Part shown: one piece after another, positions 32,147 to 40,253 of the stretch
Position numbering within the stretch: position 1 is the stretch's first letter
How the letters are laid out: each line of letters begins with the position of its first letter
DNA from: Candidatus Kaiserbacteria bacterium
GTDB lineage: Bacteria; Patescibacteriota; Minisyncoccia; Phycocordibacterales; UBA2100
Reading direction: 5' to 3'
NCBI GenBank assembly: GCA_016217965.1
Contig: JACRFI010000015.1
Span: 82,366 to 138,079, forward strand
DNA: 55,714 bases
Position numbers and translations under genes: made by a program
The notes under the pieces: model-generated
Databases searched by the model: none
Told to the model about the DNA's origin: nothing
Seen by the model: the letters and a program-made list of their open reading frames with translations, nothing else

Positions 32147-33607
32147 TCAACGACTGATCGAAGCGAGTCGCTGTTTTATTTTTCGGATAAAGAGTTTTGC
32201 GAGACCGCTTCCGACAGCCGGCACGTATGTACCGCCGACGAATACTTTTTCATATATATCTGAGAATATGCGGCTCGCACGGAATTTCTTGCGAAGCGCG
32301 ACGTACCATTCTGCATCATAGATGCGCCAAAATTCATCTTTCGGATAGTACGTATGAGCATATAGCACCTTTCTCCCGCCGAGTTTTTCAGTTTGCTGTT
32401 CTATTTCTCTATTGAGCGCATAAAGTGCCTCATGGCCATGTCTCGGTCTCGTCCCTCCCCACACGCCAACATTGATGATCATGTTTGCGTGAAGATACGC
32501 AGGCGATAGCCGCGCGTATTTTTCCGGCCTCAACGGACACAACCAAAGCGGATAAATGCCGATTTTCTCGCGGACAAAATCAAGAAATGCTATCGTCTTA
32601 TTTTCCGGAAGACTTATATCCTGGACGATACACTGTTGCGAAGTGTTCGTAGCATGCAGCATTTCATATAGTTGGCGTGTTTTAAGAAACGGATTAAAAA
32701 TGAATCTCGTCAGGCGATTGAAGGGTATAGACCATCGATTAAAAGCATACGAAGCCATCCAGAACCCTCCTCGATCGTATCGGAACAAATACTCTTCGAG
32801 CGGCACTGTTTCTTCGAATTCTTCGTGCTCTTTAGCTATCTTCTCTGCATGCAGATAGAACCACTGATCTCGGGCTCTTGAGAATCTCTGTATGTTCCCG
32901 CGTGCGACATCAGTTCGTTCGCCAACGATAACCACACCGCGATCAGAACTGAATATAATGCCATCTACGAAATCATTGCTTGAACGCATCTCGCGCTTCA
33001 GTACGTCGACCGCATCTCTATAACTCCCGGTGCGAATATAATGCAGCCGCACGTATAACGAGGCAGGAATTAAACGAAGCTTTATTAATGTGATAACACC
33101 TAGCGATCCATATGAGCACGCCGTTCCCCAGAATAAATCTGGATTTTCATGTCTTGATACTTTTATTATTTCACCATTGCCCAATATCATTTCGTATTCT
33201 AAGCAACATTCGTGAAATAGACCCTCCTTAAATGAACTACTCTCGCCCGCGCCACCCTGTATGCCTCCTCCTACGGTAATTCCAGGGAACTCCATGACAA
33301 CCGGCGGTATAAGCGTCCGCTTGAGCGTCTCCCTTACAAGTACATCCATCGGGACATTCGGTTCGAGAAGCGCATAAGGTCCATCTTCAGATTCTGCAAT
33401 CTCAAGAATTTTATCCAGAGAGCTCGTATCCAATGTTTTCTCTGGATCAAAAGTTTGGGAACGAGTCGAATTTGTACTGCCGTGAAAAATGCGAACTTTT
33501 ACGTCCCGATCATAAAACTTCTTTACTTTTGCACTCAGATCTAACACTTGCGCCCGATGCTGATCTACGGTGCTTTCCATCCAACAAAATCTAGCATGAT
33601 CCTCCAC
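32147..33607 (-). CDS. FAD-binding oxidoreductase, Delta(24)-sterol reductase (DHCR24/DIMINUTO)-like
   Basis: EPNVPMD, PVVMEFPGITVGG...GESSSFK.GLF, GSLGVIT, YLFRYDRG.FW, YPLWLCP, GGRKVLYA; start may be 33580. Confidence 0.8.
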   Translation of the reverse strand: MEDHARFCWMESTVDQHRAQVLDLSAKVKKFYDRDVKVRIFHGSTNSTRSQTFDPEKTLDTSSLDKILEIAESEDGPYALLEPNVPMDVLVRETLKRTLIPPVVMEFPGITVGGGIQGGAGESSSFKEGLFHECCLEYEMILGNGEIIKVSRHENPDLFWGTACSYGSLGVITLIKLRLIPASLYVRLHYIRTGSYRDAVDVLKREMRSSNDFVDGIIFSSDRGVVIVGERTDVARGNIQRFSRARDQWFYLHAEKIAKEHEEFEETVPLEEYLFRYDRGGFWMASYAFNRWSIPFNRLTRFIFNPFLKTRQLYEMLHATNTSQQCIVQDISLPENKTIAFLDFVREKIGIYPLWLCPLRPEKYARLSPAYLHANMIINVGVWGGTRPRHGHEALYALNREIEQQTEKLGGRKVLYAHTYYPKDEFWRIYDAEWYVALRKKFRASRIFSDIYEKVFVGGTYVPAVGSGLAKLFIRKIKQRLASISR

Positions 33608-33636
33608 GGACGAAAAACAATATTCTATATTAAGAC

Positions 33637-35355
33637 CTATCGATCCGGCGGTATTTCATAGTAGTTGATGAGAAACTTTGCCAGCTCCATGAACGGGCGG
33701 GCAAGCGATTGTGATGCGTACTGCACGCCTTGGGGCTCAACTTGGTAGAGAAGGATGATGAATCGAGGGTCATGCGCGGGGAAGTACCCGAAGAAGGAGT
33801 GTAAGAAGCGTCCTTCGCAATACCCATCACAGCCAGGGCCGCCTATCTGCGCCGTTCCCGTTTTTGCCGCGATTGAATAATGTTCCTGTTTCAACTCACC
33901 GTTAAGAAGCGCGTCGTCAAATACCTTCACGAGCATGTTTGTGACAGTTTCCGCACTCTCCTTCTTGAGCACCCGTGTCTCCGGAGCTTGCGGCGTCTCG
34001 CGCATAATTCCGCTTGGATACTGGATGTGTGTTGCTACGTGAGGCTCCGGGAGAACGCCACCATTTGCGAGACTCGCCAGCGCCCGTATCATTTCTATCG
34101 GCGTGGTTGCGATTCCTTGCCCGAAAGAAGCAGAAGCGAAATCAACATCTGCTGCGCCCGGGCCAGTGATAGCAGAAATATCTCCAGCAATCTCTCCTGG
34201 AAGGTCTATGCCGGTTTCCTCTCCGAGCCCGTACTTTTCAAAATAATCAGCAAATGTATCGTGCCCCATCCTATCCACAATGAACGAAACGCCTGTGTTA
34301 AGAGATTGGCTCAGAATTTCCTGCATGGCGACTCGTCCACGGCCTTTTCCGTCATAGTTCGCAATTCGATAGCCACTCTTGTAAATAAATCCCTTGTCTT
34401 CGTATGTAGTGCCTGGCGCAATCGCACCCGTATCGATGCCTGCCGCGACAGTTAGTGGCTTCATGATAGAGCCCATTTCGTACCGACTCTCCACTATCGG
34501 ATTCGTGAACACGCGCGCATTTTCTTCGGTGTTGTATGTATTTGGATTGAAATCCGGCAAGACACCGATGCCAAGTATCTCTCCTGTCGAAGGGTCCATG
34601 ATAATGCCACCAACGGAACGCGGAGAATATTCTTTCATAATATTCCCCAACACCCGCTCAAGTTCTATTTCAACGTCCGGTTCAATGGATGTTATTACGT
34701 TTCCCTGGTAATTCCCCGGATCGCTCGATATCACTGCAGCAACGTTGGTGAATATTTCTGCAAATGGATTCACATACAAACTGCTTCCCTCCCGCTTCAG
34801 AGTGTCTTGGTAGTATTTCTCGATGCCATACACGCCTTCTCGCCTCTCGCCGTTGTAGCCGACAAATCCGATTGCGTGTGCCGCAAGGTCATTTCCCGGA
34901 TACATGCGCCATTCGTCACGCACCGTAAGGACACCCGGCATTTCTTTTTCGCGTATCGTACGTGCCGCATCATCGTCCACTCGCCCGCGTAGTTCTTCAT
35001 ACGGATCATCCTTTTTTTCTACACTTGAAAAGAACCTATCGCGGTCTATGTCGACGACGCTGCTGAGAGCAGCGTATGTTGCGTCCGGATTCGCAAGATC
35101 TCCGGGCCGTATCGCTATCTTCCACCCCACTTGCATCACCGCTGCTGCAACTGAGGTGCCATCTTTTCTCGTAAAGAAAATCTCTCCCCGGTGTTCCGAA
35201 TTTTCGCCATCTTCGACGTATTGCCCAACCGCTTCTGCACGATAGCCGTCTCCGTGCACGATCTGTACGAAATAGAGCCTTGTCGCAAGGATGAATGCGA
35301 ACAGGATGAATAATCCCGAGATTAGCCGCACCCGAAGAACAAATTTGCTTCTCAT
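33637..35355 (-). CDS. ftsI: Class B penicillin-binding protein (FtsI-like)
   Basis: GSIMK (SxxK), SLN (SxN), KTGTAQ; dcw position. Confidence 0.88.
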   Translation of the reverse strand: MRSKFVLRVRLISGLFILFAFILATRLYFVQIVHGDGYRAEAVGQYVEDGENSEHRGEIFFTRKDGTSVAAAVMQVGWKIAIRPGDLANPDATYAALSSVVDIDRDRFFSSVEKKDDPYEELRGRVDDDAARTIREKEMPGVLTVRDEWRMYPGNDLAAHAIGFVGYNGERREGVYGIEKYYQDTLKREGSSLYVNPFAEIFTNVAAVISSDPGNYQGNVITSIEPDVEIELERVLGNIMKEYSPRSVGGIIMDPSTGEILGIGVLPDFNPNTYNTEENARVFTNPIVESRYEMGSIMKPLTVAAGIDTGAIAPGTTYEDKGFIYKSGYRIANYDGKGRGRVAMQEILSQSLNTGVSFIVDRMGHDTFADYFEKYGLGEETGIDLPGEIAGDISAITGPGAADVDFASASFGQGIATTPIEMIRALASLANGGVLPEPHVATHIQYPSGIMRETPQAPETRVLKKESAETVTNMLVKVFDDALLNGELKQEHYSIAAKTGTAQIGGPGCDGYCEGRFLHSFFGYFPAHDPRFIILLYQVEPQGVQYASQSLARPFMELAKFLINYYEIPPDR

Positions 35356-35382
35356 ATTTTTCCTTCCAGCGAGAAGCGAGAG

Positions 35383-35471
35383 CCATTCGTGTTTGCCGTG
35401 TCTCGCAGCGCGTCGGCGCGAGAGGCAGCGCTGGCGCAACAGCGCCAGACAGCGACGGCAAAAATGAATGG
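35383..35471. repeat. Branched GC-rich palindromic element between ftsL-like and ftsI
   Basis: CCATTCGTGTTTGCCGT/ACGGCAAAAATGAATGG outer stem enclosing TCTCGC/GCGAGA and CTGGCGC/GCGCCAG. Confidence 0.6.
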
Positions 35472-35478
35472 TCGAGCG

Positions 35479-35853
35479 TTATATTTCATTACGCACGTTT
35501 TCTTTCGCCACTGCACCGGGCCTATGGATAAAGTTAGCGCCACGGACTGCCGTAAGGCCAATGGTCTCCCCATCGTTCGCTTGCACGCCGCCGGAGAGCG
35601 CAAAGTACTCTCGCTCAAGCTGTCCAACGGACGCGCGAAGTTGCGACGCCTGTTCGTCGGCCTCTTTGCGCGCGATGACATTCACTATTGAAAGCGAAAC
35701 AAAAAATACGTATGCAAATACCGATACAGCAAGTAACACGCCAAAAAAACGTATCGCGCTCTCTTCACGCGGCAGCGCTCGCACAAACGCCGAATCTCTT
35801 CGGAATGTCCTATCCCTGAACGGCAGCTGCAAATTTAAAGTTTTTTTCGACAT
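35479..35853 (-). CDS. FtsL-like bitopic coiled-coil protein
   Basis: Single TM followed by a coiled coil, located between rsmH and the PBP gene. Confidence 0.65.
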   Translation of the reverse strand: MSKKTLNLQLPFRDRTFRRDSAFVRALPREESAIRFFGVLLAVSVFAYVFFVSLSIVNVIARKEADEQASQLRASVGQLEREYFALSGGVQANDGETIGLTAVRGANFIHRPGAVAKENVRNEI

Positions 35854-35855
35854 GA

Positions 35856-36857
35856 TTAGCTATTTTTTTGGATTATTCGCAATTTTGCGCTTCGTGCTCT
35901 CGGATTATTCAAAATCTCTTCTCTCGTTGGCTTTATTGGTGATTTTGTTTTCAACTCTCCCTCCCCTTTCTGTGCCCACTCTCGCATCATCCGCTTCACT
36001 TCCCTGTCTTCAGTACTATGGAAACTAATTACCGCGATTCTGCCTCCGGAGAGCAAGACGTCCCATGCTGCCTGCAAACCTGCCTTCAGTGCACCCATTT
36101 CGTCATTCACTGCAATGCGAAGCGCTTGGAACGTCTTTGTTGCGGGATGCAGCCGGCCTTTTCGATAGAACCCCGGCACCGCGCTCACAATGATGTTTGC
36201 AAGCTCTCTGGCCGTTTCTATCTGCTTTGCTTTCCGCCTTTCAACGATCGCCTTTGCTATCCGCCTTGCGTATCGCTCTTCTCCCCACCCGTATAAAATA
36301 TCGGCGATACTTCCCTCTTCCCATGTATTTACTATCGTCCGAGCGGTAAGTGCCGCAGGATCGCTCGAATATGTCATGAGAAGCGGTTCGTCGGAAAGAA
36401 AAGAGAACCCTCTTCCCGCGGCAAGCTGGTACCCACTCCACCCAAGGTCAAAAAAAGTGGAATTAATACCAGCCAAACCGCAGTTTCGAAGCACGCCCTT
36501 GAGATTTCTAAAGTTACTCACCTCAAGATAGATGCGGGGTTTGGCAGCCGAGAGCGCAACTCTTGCGCGCTCTACCGCTGCCTTGTCCGCGTCTATCCCG
36601 ATGAAAACTCCTTCATTCCCAAGACGTGCCGCGATCTCTTTCGCATGGCCCGCGCCTCCGAGGGTCGCATCAAGTACGACGCTGTCAGGACGAACTTGCA
36701 AAGCTTCCAATGTTTCGTGTAAAAGAACGGGTATGTGCCCGACCACTATTGGTTCGGGGCGTCCCTCTTGACGAGGTGTTGTCTGGTGTCCTCTATTCAT
36801 TTTCCTGCTTGACGACACCGGGTCGCTGGAGGATGATGCTGAACGTCGCGTGCGCAT
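35856..36857 (-). CDS. rsmH: 16S rRNA m4C1402 methyltransferase
   Basis: HIPVLL, DATLGGAGH, FQALRIAVNDE, SFHSTEDR, NPRARSAKLR; start uncertain. Confidence 0.95.
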   Translation of the reverse strand: MRTRRSASSSSDPVSSSRKMNRGHQTTPRQEGRPEPIVVGHIPVLLHETLEALQVRPDSVVLDATLGGAGHAKEIAARLGNEGVFIGIDADKAAVERARVALSAAKPRIYLEVSNFRNLKGVLRNCGLAGINSTFFDLGWSGYQLAAGRGFSFLSDEPLLMTYSSDPAALTARTIVNTWEEGSIADILYGWGEERYARRIAKAIVERRKAKQIETARELANIIVSAVPGFYRKGRLHPATKTFQALRIAVNDEMGALKAGLQAAWDVLLSGGRIAVISFHSTEDREVKRMMREWAQKGEGELKTKSPIKPTREEILNNPRARSAKLRIIQKNS

Positions 36858-36892
36858 GACATTTTCGCATTATTCTCCAGCTACCTCGTATC

Positions 36893-36986
36893 ACCAGTCA
36901 TAAGTCCAGAGTCTTCAGTTTGTAGTGTTTTCATATAGCTCGTTTGTCGCATTGGCTAATGACTACTAACTGCGGACTACAGACTC
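36893..36986 (-). repeat. Degenerate heptamer inverted-repeat element between mraZ and rsmH
   Basis: 7-nt periodic AGTC arm right after the mraZ stop and a complementary GACT arm. Confidence 0.6.
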
Positions 36987-36989
36987 TTC

Positions 36990-37424
36990 CTAAAGCGCCC
37001 CTATCTCGCCTAACTTCTCAGCCATTTGGTCAGCTTGTTTTTCAATTCTGCCTTTGTAGATGTTCCATTGTTCTTTGTCCCAAATCTCGACCCGGTCAGA
37101 CACTCCGGCGAATACGACGGTCTTTTTCAGTCCCGCGAATTGCTTTTGGTGTTCCGGTATCAATATCCGTCCCGCTGCATCAGGGATAACTTCAGCCGCT
37201 CCCGAAAGAATAAATCGGTTAAAGCCGCGCGTATCCGCCTGAGCGAATGAAAGTTGGTCGAGCCGTGAGGCGACCTTTTTCCAGCCCTCTTGCGAGTAGA
37301 CAAAGAGGCAGTTATCAAGGCCGCGCGTCATGACCATTTTCTTGCCGAGCTGCGCCCTGAATGCTTTTGGGAGAGACACTCGTTTCTTTTCATCCAACGT
37401 GTGTTCGTATTCCCCGATGAGCAT
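36990..37424 (-). CDS. mraZ: Division/cell-wall cluster repressor MraZ
   Basis: GEYEHTLDEKKRVSLP, DAAGRILIP, RVEIW. Confidence 0.96.
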   Translation of the reverse strand: MLIGEYEHTLDEKKRVSLPKAFRAQLGKKMVMTRGLDNCLFVYSQEGWKKVASRLDQLSFAQADTRGFNRFILSGAAEVIPDAAGRILIPEHQKQFAGLKKTVVFAGVSDRVEIWDKEQWNIYKGRIEKQADQMAEKLGEIGAL

Positions 37425-37482
37425 ACTTGTTTTTGACCTTATGTTGGGAGGTGTGGATGGCGGGAGTCGTGCGGCCCGCCAT

Positions 37483-37527
37483 CCCACTTTCTCCCACTAC
37501 GTATCAATATACACCACTATATACCAC
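37483..37527 (-). promoter_or_regulatory. MraZ-binding GTGG direct repeats at 10-nt spacing
   Basis: (C/A)CCAC at 37483, 37493, 37513 and 37523 upstream of mraZ. Confidence 0.75.
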
Positions 37528-37537
37528 TGCAAACCAT

Positions 37538-37546
37538 TTATCCACA
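37538..37546 (+). promoter_or_regulatory. Perfect DnaA box TTATCCACA upstream of mraZ
   Basis: Exact consensus match. Confidence 0.5.
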
Positions 37547-37554
37547 GCTGCCCT

Positions 37555-37677
37555 GCTCGCTAGGGGTGGGGTTGCGTTCTTCCGGGTACGCGATTTTCCT
37601 GCTGAAAAATCGCTCGAGCTTCGCGCCAGTCGCGCTGCAGAGCCCCTCCATAACTCACCCCCCCCCCCTACGCTCGC
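37555..37677. mobile_element. MITE-like element with G-rich/C-rich terminal inverted repeats
   Basis: TAGGGGTGGGGTT...AACTCACCCCCCCCCCCTA, flanked by GCTCGC direct repeats; internal hairpin shared with 13166-13192. Confidence 0.45.
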
Positions 37678-37715
37678 TTTCGTTTTACGGGGTACTAACG
37701 TGCTAGAGTTTTGGC

Positions 37716-38588
37716 ATGATCCAGGAAAAGCAGAACGAACGTGAGACACAGCTGAGAAAGTATCTCGACGATCGGACAGCCAAGGCAAAGGAGCGATACG
37801 AAAATTACATCGAAACGGTGCACGCAATGGCCGACGACAACAGTAGAAAAAACATTCAAGGGTGGGGTGTCTTCGGATCCGAACTAACTGGAGCACAAGG
37901 ATATTTTGGCGCTGATAGGAACCTCGCGTTCACTGGCACTGGTGGCTACGACGAAGAAAGTTTGGCGCTGGAATTAGCTCATGCACGCACAGACACAGAA
38001 AAAAGAATTCTCGCAGCAGATTTTCTAGGGCAAGGACGCGCGTGCATTGACCTGGGAGCAGACGCAGTTATAGCGACAACATTGTTGCCTCAAAAAGACA
38101 TATCAAGCGAAGTTGAAACGATCTTGGGCGATGCCCTTAGTGAGGAGGTATCAAACCGCACATTTGAACGCATTAAACAATTGAAGGACGAGGGCCATGC
38201 GTTTCTACTTGCATTTTTTCGACCGGTGGGAGGTTTATATCCTGTCTCGACAAACTTGTATGTCTTGAGAACGATTATGGAAAGATTCTCACAAATATAC
38301 GACCTGTTGGATGAAAAGGGTCTTCTTTTTATCGGTAGCATGTCTGTGTCCGACTATGACATCGGGTTCTTAAAATATATTATTGAATTATGCGGACTAG
38401 AAGGAATAATAAAAGAGCCGATAACGAAGAGCGGAATTTGTATCCAAAAGAATTCACGCATATGCAAGCATTTCCCAAGCGAGACTGAGATCGCTATGAA
38501 ATATCCTGCGTTAATCCGGAGGCTTATTAACCTCGATGAGAACGACAAGAGTACACACCGAGCGTACGGCATTGGACAACTCCCCTAA
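37716..38588 (+). CDS. Hypothetical protein (possible degenerate methyltransferase-like fold)
   Basis: 290-aa ORF; ILAADFLGQG weakly resembles SAM motif I. Confidence 0.55.
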   Translation: MIQEKQNERETQLRKYLDDRTAKAKERYENYIETVHAMADDNSRKNIQGWGVFGSELTGAQGYFGADRNLAFTGTGGYDEESLALELAHARTDTEKRILAADFLGQGRACIDLGADAVIATTLLPQKDISSEVETILGDALSEEVSNRTFERIKQLKDEGHAFLLAFFRPVGGLYPVSTNLYVLRTIMERFSQIYDLLDEKGLLFIGSMSVSDYDIGFLKYIIELCGLEGIIKEPITKSGICIQKNSRICKHFPSETEIAMKYPALIRRLINLDENDKSTHRAYGIGQLP

Positions 38589-38606
38589 AAGGTGTTACTA
38601 TTTTAC

Positions 38607-40214
38607 ATGGCAAACCTTTCTATTTTCAAGAAAGCCACTCCTGAGGCACTTGATGCCTTGAAAGAAGAGCTGCGCGTGCGGAAGGCGACGAAATTCATTC
38701 TCCTTTTTTCTATGGGGTCGCAATTCGACCACCTCATCGTCCAGCGGCTCGCGAAATTAGGAGTCTACGCGCTTGTTGCGGACCCATCCAGCGTAAAAGC
38801 AGATGATGTGAAGAAAGCGAACCCTGCCGGCATCATGCTTTCAGGCGGACCCGCATCGGTACACGATGAACCGCCGCCATTTGATAAAAAAATCTTCGAC
38901 CTCGGCATTCCCCTCCTTGGTGTCTGCCTCGGCTATCAACAATGGGCAAAACATATAGGCGCAAAAGTTGCTCCTGGTAAGGCGCGAGAGTTCGGCGTCC
39001 ACACGCTAACACTGAAAAAGAAAGATCCTCTTTTCAAAGGCGTGCCTTCTCGCTCGCCGGTACTCCAAACACATGGCGATATTATATTTCCATCAAAAAA
39101 ACTCGATGTCCTGGGTGCCACTGACCACTCGCCGGTTGCTGCAGGCCGCCACAAACATCTCTGGGGCGTGCAATTCCATCCCGAAGTTACCGATACAAAA
39201 TTTGGTGAACAGATGTATGCGAACTTCTGCTACAACATCTGCAATATCAAAGACCCCTTCCCTGCCCACAGTGTCGCGAAACGAAAGATCGAAGAATTGA
39301 AAAAAACAATTGGAAATGGCAACGTTCTCATTGCACTTTCTGGCGGTTCCGATTCATCTGTCGTGGCACATCTTCTGAAACGCGCCATGAAGGGATCAGG
39401 TGGAAAACTTATCGGCGTCTACATTCGCGGGATAGACCGGCCGGACGACGAAGCGTACGTGCGAAAATATTTTGGCAAGCAGAAATGGATCCACGTCGAA
39501 GTTGCAGATGCGACCCTGCAATTTCTCCAAGCTCTCGCTGGGAAGACAAGAATGCGCGACAAGCGCCTCGCCATGCGAGGAGTGTACAAGGAAATCCTCG
39601 AGCGCCGGATCGCCGATTACGACGCCCAGTTTATAGCGCAAGGAACGCTTTACACAGACTTGCGCGAAAGCGGCATGGGACACGCAACAGGAGCGCGTAT
39701 CGCGGAAATAAAGGTACACCACAATACAGGCATCGAATTCAGCGTGCCCGAGCTGCGCCCTCTCGAAGATATGGTTAAGGACAGCGCGCGTGATATTGGG
39801 CGCGACATCGGCGTACCCGAAGACTTGCTCCTCCGCCACCCGTTCCCCGGTCCGGGCCTTGTGGTGCGAATAGAAGGAGAAGTCACCGCGGATTCCTTGC
39901 GCATTGCTCGCACTATTGATGGCATCTACATCGATGAGCTGCGTAAAGCCAAGCTGTACAACACCGTGTGGCAAGCCGGTGCTGTCGTCACCCGTTCAGA
40001 GCACACTGTTTCGAAGGGCGATGATGCAGGCCTTGGTGTCGTCGTGGCGCTTTGGGCAGTCTGGAGCGTCAATGGTTTTACTGCCCGCTCTGCGGATCTC
40101 CCGCACGATTTCCTGGACAAAGTAGCCCGCCGCATCGCAAACGAAGTCCGCGAAGTCGGTGCCGTCGTCTACCGAATCTCTGATAAACCACCTGCGACGA
40201 TAGAGTGGGGATAA
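38607..40214 (+). CDS. guaA: GMP synthase (glutamine-hydrolysing)
   Basis: SGGPAS, GVCLGYQ, QFHPEV, SGGSDS, RHPFPGPGL, KPPATIEW. Confidence 0.95.
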   Translation: MANLSIFKKATPEALDALKEELRVRKATKFILLFSMGSQFDHLIVQRLAKLGVYALVADPSSVKADDVKKANPAGIMLSGGPASVHDEPPPFDKKIFDLGIPLLGVCLGYQQWAKHIGAKVAPGKAREFGVHTLTLKKKDPLFKGVPSRSPVLQTHGDIIFPSKKLDVLGATDHSPVAAGRHKHLWGVQFHPEVTDTKFGEQMYANFCYNICNIKDPFPAHSVAKRKIEELKKTIGNGNVLIALSGGSDSSVVAHLLKRAMKGSGGKLIGVYIRGIDRPDDEAYVRKYFGKQKWIHVEVADATLQFLQALAGKTRMRDKRLAMRGVYKEILERRIADYDAQFIAQGTLYTDLRESGMGHATGARIAEIKVHHNTGIEFSVPELRPLEDMVKDSARDIGRDIGVPEDLLLRHPFPGPGLVVRIEGEVTADSLRIARTIDGIYIDELRKAKLYNTVWQAGAVVTRSEHTVSKGDDAGLGVVVALWAVWSVNGFTARSADLPHDFLDKVARRIANEVREVGAVVYRISDKPPATIEWG

Positions 40215-40253
40215 TGTCCCCGATCACTCGAAATACCATCGTATACTTCAGCG

